From NCBI GenBank assembly GCA_965655095.1, contig OZ296648.1, forward strand, positions 100,502,001 through 100,566,000: a stretch of DNA of 64,000 bases, written 5' to 3'. This DNA is from Haplodiscus bocki (lineage: Eukaryota). A model generated the notes under the pieces. That model was not told the DNA's origin, made no database searches, and saw only the letters and a program-made list of their open reading frames with translations. The stretch's first letter is position 1. Each line of letters starts with the position of its first letter. Position numbers and translations under genes: made by a program. Positions 57,401 to 64,000 of this stretch are shown here, piece by piece.

Positions 57401-60018
57401 CATTAGGTTTCTCAGTAATAGTCTTGATAGTTTGGGCTTGACTTTTCACTGTTTCAATAATTGACACAATGACTTCCTCGAGAATAGGTGGCACTGTGTG
57501 TAGTTCATGAGCTTACAACCTACTGAATGGTCTCTAAGTCGAGAATAGACAAGATCGTATCTTCAACTCGAGAATCGAGTCGATTTCTGAAAACCTTGCA
57601 AATCAAGGACCCCCAATAGACTAAAAAAATCCACCAAATGCACTGAAATAAATTAGCCCGGGAGTCTGCGACCTATTTAATATTCTTATCACAGCATTAG
57701 GAGAATTGCGTGATCAGTCCTGGACATACATACTTACATTCAAGTGATCAATCCTACATGGGTATGCGAATAAACTTTCTCATTATTCGCTGAATAGAAA
57801 CGAGATAGACGTCGTGTGCCTCAGTTTTGGCGGAAGAACCCAAATGACTAGGAATAAGACAATTCTGGAATCTTTTCTTTGGTGTACGTTAAAATTGACA
57901 TTCAACGAAATGGGCATATATTGTCGCCAGAGGATACAGAAGTCTCACAAAAAGTCTGATTAAAAGTTGAAAGTCATTACGAAAATAGTTTCAAAGTCAA
58001 TTCTTCGAGTTGCAATCTGCAACACCAAATTTTATCAAAATCAAAAAGCAATGCAAACGCTTGCTCTCAATACAAGCCAAGAAGAGCTGAAAATCGGATC
58101 TAGCACAAACAGTCAGTACAAGCCGCCGAATAAAGACCTGCATTTCCCTATTTTATAGGACAAAGATGGTGATCGTGCAATGCACCATGCGGCTCTGGGA
58201 GACGAGAAAGAAGTGATAGAAATGTTAGCCCGAGGAGGCGCGGATTTGAATGCCAGAAACAAACGTCATCAAACAGCGTTACATCTGGGTGTGAATCGAG
58301 GCCATAAACAAGTAGTAGTCACCCTCCTCAAATTGGGATGTCATCCCAATCTACAGGTTAGTTGTTTTGCCTATTTTGGATTTCAGATGTTTCTGCAAGT
58401 ACTTTTGGCGACGTATGTTTCATGGTCTTGAGGTGACTTCGCAAAATTTCGTCACAGCCCTTGAACACATCGTGAAGATCTTAAGTAAGTATCGTAGAAA
58501 AGGTTTATAATATTCCTACCTTGTTGCACGCTAGGTAATTGAAAATTCAGTCATAAGCGTGCATAAGCATAAAAATCTTTCTTCCTGGCTGCTGCAAATT
58601 TCAGCATTGACTCAATAATACTGCTTCCCACTCGGGAAAAATCCCGGCAAAGCACGAAAGAAATTTTTTTTCTTTCAGATTGAGCTCTGGCCGATCTTCT
58701 CTACTTGCTCATTGGAGCAATGCATAGGTTTTTTTCTTTTCCGCCCAGATTTATAATATGGAAGGAAAATCGACCACCTAAAACCGATGTTTTTTACGCT
58801 AACTTGCCCATTGAAAATGTTTTCCGAATGTCAGTGTCCGACAAAATGACGATTTTGAATGTGTAATTTTTTATCGCCAAATTTTAGCAAATTTGCCTTA
58901 GAATGCGATTGAAATAGTAAGATTTTTCAAAACGTACAAAATTTGGGTTTTCTTGAGAAAAAAAAAACAAGATGGGAGGGGGGTTGAGAAAAACTTCGTG
59001 ATATTTTTCAAAATACTGAGAGATGGGAAAGTTGATGTAGAATGCGTATCAAATGGTATCATTTCTTAAAAATGTCTTTTCCACCTTAATTGTGAAGTTT
59101 CTTGGCGAAAAATCAGGAAATTTTTAAATTTGGAAAATTAGAAAATATATGAGGAAAGAGTATTTCTTAAAAAAAACGTTTTCATCGTTTCAAAAGGCAT
59201 CTTTAACAAAATTGGGGGGAAATACGCCAGTGGTAGCTGGTCGTCTTGTTTTTAATATTTCTAAGAATTTTCTTTGCCTTGACAATTTCTTATTGGTGTT
59301 AGCTACTGTAAGTGATTTTAGCTTTAACTGGATCTGAGGCATTTTTTGATAACTGAAACTGTAACTGAATAAACTTTATTTCAACTAACTGAACTGACTC
59401 CCAGTGACTAAAATTGAACTTTCAAAAACTTTCGATAGATAATACTGTTTATTTTGGTCAGGGTAGTCATTTTTCGGGAGTTTCGAAACTTGAACAGGAT
59501 GCCCAGCAAAAGCTGAAACTGAACATATACATGGTGTAATATTTTTTGCCTAATTTTACATCAATTTCGCAGAATTTTCAAGAGAATGAATAACTTAATT
59601 TAACTGAAACGGAAGACAATTTCCAACTGTAACTGAAACTGAGTTCCACCTTTTCCTTGGAAGAAACTGTGACTGTAACGGAAATCGGTGTTTGATTCAG
59701 TTATTAACTCTAATTCTTATGGTCCGAATGTTCAGAGTACTTAAGCTGTACAGCTCATTACTTGCCATTTTCGGTCTAACAGTTCACAAAGCCTGGAAGG
59801 ATTAAAAAATTGCTAGTGAAGCTGAAAAGGTACCACATGTTGGATGAAGGCCTTTGTTTTTCGTAGGATTCAGAAGGTGACACAGCACTGCATGACTCGA
59901 TCAGCCGAAAGCGGGATGACATTCTGGCCATTCTGTTGGACCATAAGGCCGACATTTGCGTCACTAATAACCACGGCTTCAATGCTCTCCATCACGCAGC
60001 ATTGCGCGGAAATCCAGG
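36205..60018 (+). CDS. MIB1: E3 ubiquitin ligase mind bomb 1, partial (3' end beyond window); join(36205..36403,47342..47610,48072..48209,48322..48546,48631..48710,51078..51390,51821..52010,53759..54117,58159..58356,59867..60018)
   Basis: MIB/HERC2 domain, ZZ finger, second MIB/HERC2 domain, two MIB repeats and ankyrin repeats, in the canonical order and close to recalled MIB1 sequence. All junctions are GT-AG and phase-consistent. The RING fingers are not in the window. Confidence 0.96.
47342..47610 (+). CDS. MIB1: MIB1 exon 2 (ZZ finger)
   Basis: [26 protein letters not shown]...[12 protein letters not shown]...[11 protein letters not shown] |gtgagt. Confidence 0.95.
48072..48209 (+). CDS. 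MIB1: MIB1 exon 3 (absent from the ORF track)
   Basis: [46 protein letters not shown] |gttagt. Confidence 0.95.
48322..48546 (+). CDS. MIB1: MIB1 exon 4
   Basis: [24 protein letters not shown]...[24 protein letters not shown] |gttggt. Confidence 0.93.
48631..48710 (+). CDS. MIB1: MIB1 exon 5 (absent from the ORF track)
   Basis: [27 protein letters not shown] |gtatgt. Confidence 0.92.
51078..51390 (+). CDS. MIB1: MIB1 exon 6
   Basis: WTFNPAVLK...[32 protein letters not shown] |gtaaga. Confidence 0.94.
51821..52010 (+). CDS. MIB1: MIB1 exon 7
   Basis: [30 protein letters not shown]...SSS |gtaatg. Confidence 0.93.
53759..54117 (+). CDS. MIB1: MIB1 exon 8 (first ankyrin repeats)
   Basis: [13 protein letters not shown]...[11 protein letters not shown]...[14 protein letters not shown]...ADLEVE |gttaga. 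Confidence 0.94.
54554..55061 (+). mobile_element. Dispersed ~500-bp non-autonomous element with AACAGGACG...CGTCGTGTT ends
   Basis: Homologous to about 58730-59250 (shares GATGTAGAATGCGTATCAAATGGTATCATTTCTTAAAAATGTCTTT). 3'-end fragments occur at about 47225-47304 (+) and 8747-8790 (-). Confidence 0.7.
56739..57494 (-). pseudogene. LINE ORF1 protein (coiled coil plus RRM, L1/transposase-22-like)
   Basis: [14 protein letters not shown]...DLVASH...[13 protein letters not shown]...LCPGNR matches the EQYSRR..L.I.G / HRL / PIIVKF / E.L pattern. No ATG start; a microsatellite is embedded. Confidence 0.75.
56997..57041 (+). repeat. Imperfect (CT)n/(CTTT)n microsatellite
   Basis: tctttctttctttctctctctttctctctctttctctctctctt. 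Confidence 0.85.
58159..58356 (+). CDS. MIB1: MIB1 exon 9 (ankyrin repeats)
   Basis: [16 protein letters not shown]...[22 protein letters not shown]...GCHPNLQ |gttagt. Confidence 0.95.
58730..59250 (+). mobile_element. Second copy of the 54554-55061 element (5' end degraded)
   Basis: TTTCCGCCCA.ATTTAT.ATATGGAAGGAAAATC ... GGTAGCTGGTCGTCTTGTT. Confidence 0.7.
59350..59712. repeat. MITE-like fragment built from AACTGA(A)/AACTGT motifs
   Basis: More than ten aactg motifs; TAACTGAA at the left is mirrored by TTCAGTTA at about 59696-59703. Confidence 0.5.
59867..60018 (+). CDS. MIB1: MIB1 exon 10 (ankyrin repeats; absent from the ORF track on this strand)
   Basis: [50 protein letters not shown] |gttagt. 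Confidence 0.95.
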
Positions 60019-60742
60019 GTTAGTATTGGCCCTTTTCGAGAATACAATGGTAAGTATCCTGTAAACGGTTCATAACTATTCATTTTTGGATCAAATTCGC
60101 GCAAAAAAGCTAGAAAGGTGGAACTCATTTATTTGTCTGGAAAATGAATGCAAAAACCTTCTGAATCAAGTAGAGGGGTTCATTCGGTTCATCCTTCTCG
60201 CCACCACTTGAATATTTGTGGCGTTTTTGCGCGTAGTCAAATCTGTATTTATCACATAATAGGTACACACTATTATTTCTGTCGAAAAAAATGGAGACCT
60301 CCTCAAAAATAAAACCACCTGCTCAATTTTTTCCATAAAAGTCCCAATCGGCAGTTTTTTGTTTGTCAATTACTATTTGATTGAAAAGTTATCGATTTTG
60401 CTCCGTGCATAGGAGTCTTAAAGGGCCCAAAAGATCAAATTGTGCAGTTAGGTTCGACGTATCACCTTATTCAAACTGATCTTTCGGCCAAACTTAAGCT
60501 TTGAATTTTTTCAACTGGTCCCAATCAATCGGTTTCCTTTTCTAGTCTTTAGTCGGCGCTTCAGAAAAAGTTTCCACCATTAGAGTTATTTTTTTCTGCG
60601 TCAGACAACAGACTCACGTCGAATTGATTTAATTTTTGTACAGAGTTGCCTTCTTGCAGTTTTCTGCAATTGTTTTTGATGCAAAGAAGTCTACAATGTC
60701 TTTATGTCTTTTAACTATTAGTATCAAATAGAATCACAAAAT

Positions 60743-61280
60743 GTTCGTGTTACCCCCTTTACGAATAATGGATTTTTTTTCCGGAGGCAAACACGGAAAA
60801 TTTTCGTCATACCTCATTTTGCATAAATACGAAAAGTCTGGGACAGTTCTTCATAACTCCCAGTTTCAGCATTATTCACTTCTTCTTTGGCCCAGTGGGC
60901 AGGACAAAACGGTTCCCAAGCCACACGTCACGATTTCGAACCCCGGTATAAGCTATAGTTTATAAATTTTGCATTGCCCAATGGGTAAGACAAAAGTGTT
61001 CCGGGAACACAAGTTGAGGTCTCAAACCCGCGTATAGGATCTATATTTTACGTTTAATACCGGAAACTATACCAAAAGTGTTCGTGCTTTCGAAAAAAAA
61101 ATTGTGATATTCCCCTTGTAAAATCTAACGAATCGACCGGTAGGAGGCTCGAATCTCAGCATAAGCTATGTATTCTTATATTTCTTGTTAAACTTCGTTC
61201 CAAAATACAATTTTTTAAAACATCAAAATTAACTCATTGCTTTGAATATTTTAATCCATACTGACGGCGTCGCCGACTGG
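60743..61280 (+). mobile_element. Dispersed repeat with tRNA-like modules, copy B (module duplicated)
   Basis: Homologous to the reverse complement of 32853-33347. TGGCCCAGTGG..TTCGAACCC at about 60888-60945, and a second unit at about 60975-61030. Confidence 0.7.
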
Positions 61281-62157
61281 TCTTCGTCTATTGAATTTGC
61301 CATTATTTTAGGCGTAACTGACTTCTCATCCTACTTCTACAAAGAAAGCTGGGATATAGTCAAAATCTCTTTTATTTTATAGATTTAAGTTTCGACGTTG
61401 GAATATCATCTGTTCGTGTGCCATAACTGGACAGATTAGACAATCGAAAGGATGAGCGCTGATGGGTTCTTTTTGTCAAAGCATTCATCACGGTGGTTGG
61501 AACTTTCCTGAAGGCTAATAGTTTTTTAAAGCATTAACTGAAACGTAATGCCTATACATTTTCTGCCTTCTTTTTTGCATTTGGCAAACGTTTTCGTGAT
61601 TTACCGACTGGGCGAAGCTGATCGCTAAAGTAAACGGGACTGGTCCCTGTTTAAATATTTACTTTTTTTCATGAATATTTTCCGTGCTTCCAAGCTAGAG
61701 CGAGAGTCACTACTCGCTTTCAAGTAGTCGGAGCTTATATTCAAATATTCAAGTACTTAGATTCAAATATGTTCAAATTTATCGATTTAAAATTTGCATC
61801 TTGTTTTCCGCTTTCTCAAAATGGTGATCATTCATCGCGTCCAAAATTTTTTGTTTCCCGAAAAAATTGCGAACTATTCAAAGCGTCGAAATTGAACAGT
61901 AAACCATTGTATGCTCCGAAATTTTCAACGCAGTCGGCAGTTTTTCAACGCGTGAGAAATTTTGCTAAATTCTAATTTTAAGGTTTCCTTACGGCCTCAT
62001 GCCTTGCACCTTTGGTGCCTATGTTTTTAGTCGGCGCTTTTTCCAAGAAATGTGCCCGACTCTTATAGCGACTTTTCTTTTTCCCCGGACTCACACTGAA
62101 AGCTCCACTTTTTGACCAGAGCCAGTAAAAATATTTTGTTGCTCAATGGTGTCTTCG

Positions 62158-62450
62158 TGGCGTAGTGATTTGGGCAAAAGGGTTCCGAAGCGACAAGTCG
62201 AGAGTTCGTACCCCAATAAAGGCTATATATTTTACGTTTTATACCGCAAACTATACCATAAATTTGTTTTCGAGAAAAAATTGTGATAACTCCGTAATAA
62301 AATCCAACAAATTGACAGGTAGCTAATCCAAATTCCAGCATAACCTATGTTTTACATTTTATAATAAAATTTACACCAAAATACATTTTTTAAAACATCA
62401 AAATCAACTAATTCCTATAAGTATTTTCATCCATACGGGCGCCGACGACT
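62158..62450 (+). mobile_element. Dispersed repeat with a tRNA-like module, copy C (5'-truncated)
   Basis: TGGCGTAGTG..GGGTTCCG..GAGTTCGTACCC, then AAACTATACC and AAAACATCAAAAT, ending CCATACGGGCGCCGAC as in copies A and B. Confidence 0.68.
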
Positions 62451-64000
62451 TAGGGCACAGCCTTATAGTCCATTTCTTTATCACAGTATTGTAATTGTTG
62501 TCCATGAGCCCTTGGTTTAGCTTGTTGAAAGTCCTTGAGAAGTCTGAGTGGACTATCAATTCACCGATTCGTATGATTTGGTCAGTCTGTTCTTACTTCA
62601 CAATCGCTGCAACTCGTTCTAAAATTCGCCCTCTCAGTTCGCATCTTTTTAGTTCTTTGGTTAGTTGAAAAGGCGGTTACTGAGTTTGCTATCGGTTTAG
62701 TTTGAATCATTGCTTAGTTGCAATGCTTTTATTAATTAGACTGTTCACCAGTCCAAAATTTTGCCTAATTGAAAACTTTGCTGCTGAGTTTACTTTTAAG
62801 TAGTTAGGAACTTTTGAGTACAATGAAATCTTTACTAATCGGAAATACTCAAATGAGGCCTACTGCATAACTGTTTCTTCTTGTATTATACAGTTACTGG
62901 CGACACCTCTACGTTGAGAGGGGCTGCATCTTTCTTTGCATGTTCAAGTTGCTGATGTTTTCTGAACCCAAGTTCCAGTATCCAACCAAGCGTTCAAGTA
63001 TTGACAGGAGCAAAAATTGCATTGTAATTTATTTTTGGCTTTGGCTTGAACTTTTGTCTCTGAAGTCCAATCACTATTTGATTCGGATTGTTTTCGAGGG
63101 TTCTTTGTATTGTAGTTTCTTTTTGGCTTGGACTTGTCCTTAAGGATTCCTTGTCTTAAGGATTGTCCTTAAGAACTACGATCAATTCAAAACTAGCTAT
63201 CGTTGCGCCTTGTGTCAGTCGTTTGTCCTTAGCTTAGAAGCAGTGGTCATGTCACAAAGAAATGTGAGAAGCTTTGGCCATTGTGACAGGGAAGTCACGG
63301 ATGCTACTACCGCTAGTTGCCATTGCTGTACGAAATTGGCTGCAAGAATGATACCATAATTTCAGGTGTGAAGAAAGGTTTCACGAGGGACAAGAAATTG
63401 AAAATCAAGTCTACTGATGCAGTGCTCGTCCTTGGGTATCAGGAAAAAACGTTTATTTCTTGTTTTCCGTCGTAATCTTTTACGAAATGAAGTTCTCCAA
63501 TTCCATTTGTAGAATTTTTTCCCGATCGTTTGCCAATTCCAGCTGCGTCAACTGACTTATTCCAGATGACTTCTTTAGTGTAGTGGTTAATCGCAGTAGA
63601 CGAGCATCAGACGACGACGGGCTGAGCTCGATTTATTTATACCAGACTTATTTGTACGTACTTCGCGCAATTTCTACTATAAAAGAATTACTTTGAAGGC
63701 ACCAGAAAAATTTGTTTTTGAAGGTCTTTTCCAGTTGAAACGTGCGAAGACTTATCGAATCGGAAACTTCTAAGCATTGTCGAATAGTCTATCTTGAACT
63801 TCGGAAAAATCCAGAAAATTCCAAAAAAGCTAAATTTTCTAAATTTTCAAAAGTTCATGAATCAACCTTGTTATCGTGCAAAACTACCAGCTGGATTTCT
63901 TCTATTAGCTTCTCAATCACGTGTTTCCTTTCTGTAAAAGGGAACTCGAAACAAAGAGGTCAACTTTGATTATTGTTTTGGAATCCTGATAGGTCGGACA

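Larger units (their letters stand above)
55600..57660 (-). mobile_element. Decayed CR1/L2-type non-LTR retrotransposon with an internal deletion of RT
   Basis: ORF1, then frameshifted apurinic-endonuclease (APE) motifs on the minus strand from about 56512 ([41 protein letters not shown]). These run directly into ORF2 C-terminal-like [11 protein letters not shown]...NGILTVHEL at about 55890-55985. Boundaries approximate. Confidence 0.72.

Overview
Eukaryotic (invertebrate animal) nuclear DNA, AT-rich and rich in transposon debris; the species cannot be determined from the sequence. There are three host genes, all on the + strand. (1) A nine-finger C2H2 zinc-finger gene with an intronless CDS (2353-4242). 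(2) A complete, divergent Mediator subunit MED16 in 6 phase-consistent coding exons (5796-31899, about 1036 aa). (3) The first 10 coding exons of the Notch-ligand E3 ligase mind bomb 1 (MIB1, 36205-60018), which continues past the window. The introns hold an apparently intact 1943-bp hAT transposon with a perfect 8-bp target-site duplication (TSD), a pair of near-identical ~2.1-kb inverted repeats in MED16 intron 3, an RT-deleted CR1/L2-type LINE and several MITE/foldback elements; an 843-bp palindromic Tc1/mariner-type MITE lies just upstream of MED16. The least expected signals are: repeat families carrying tandem tRNA-like Pol III A/B-box modules; TTTTTCAG|AT splice acceptors just before three start codons, including the transposase, where no donor is visible (possible trans-splicing or gene trapping); and GTT rather than GTR at 8 of 15 splice donors. 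No prokaryotic system, CRISPR array, rRNA or genuine tRNA gene is supported. All homology calls are by-eye motif recognition, not database searches.
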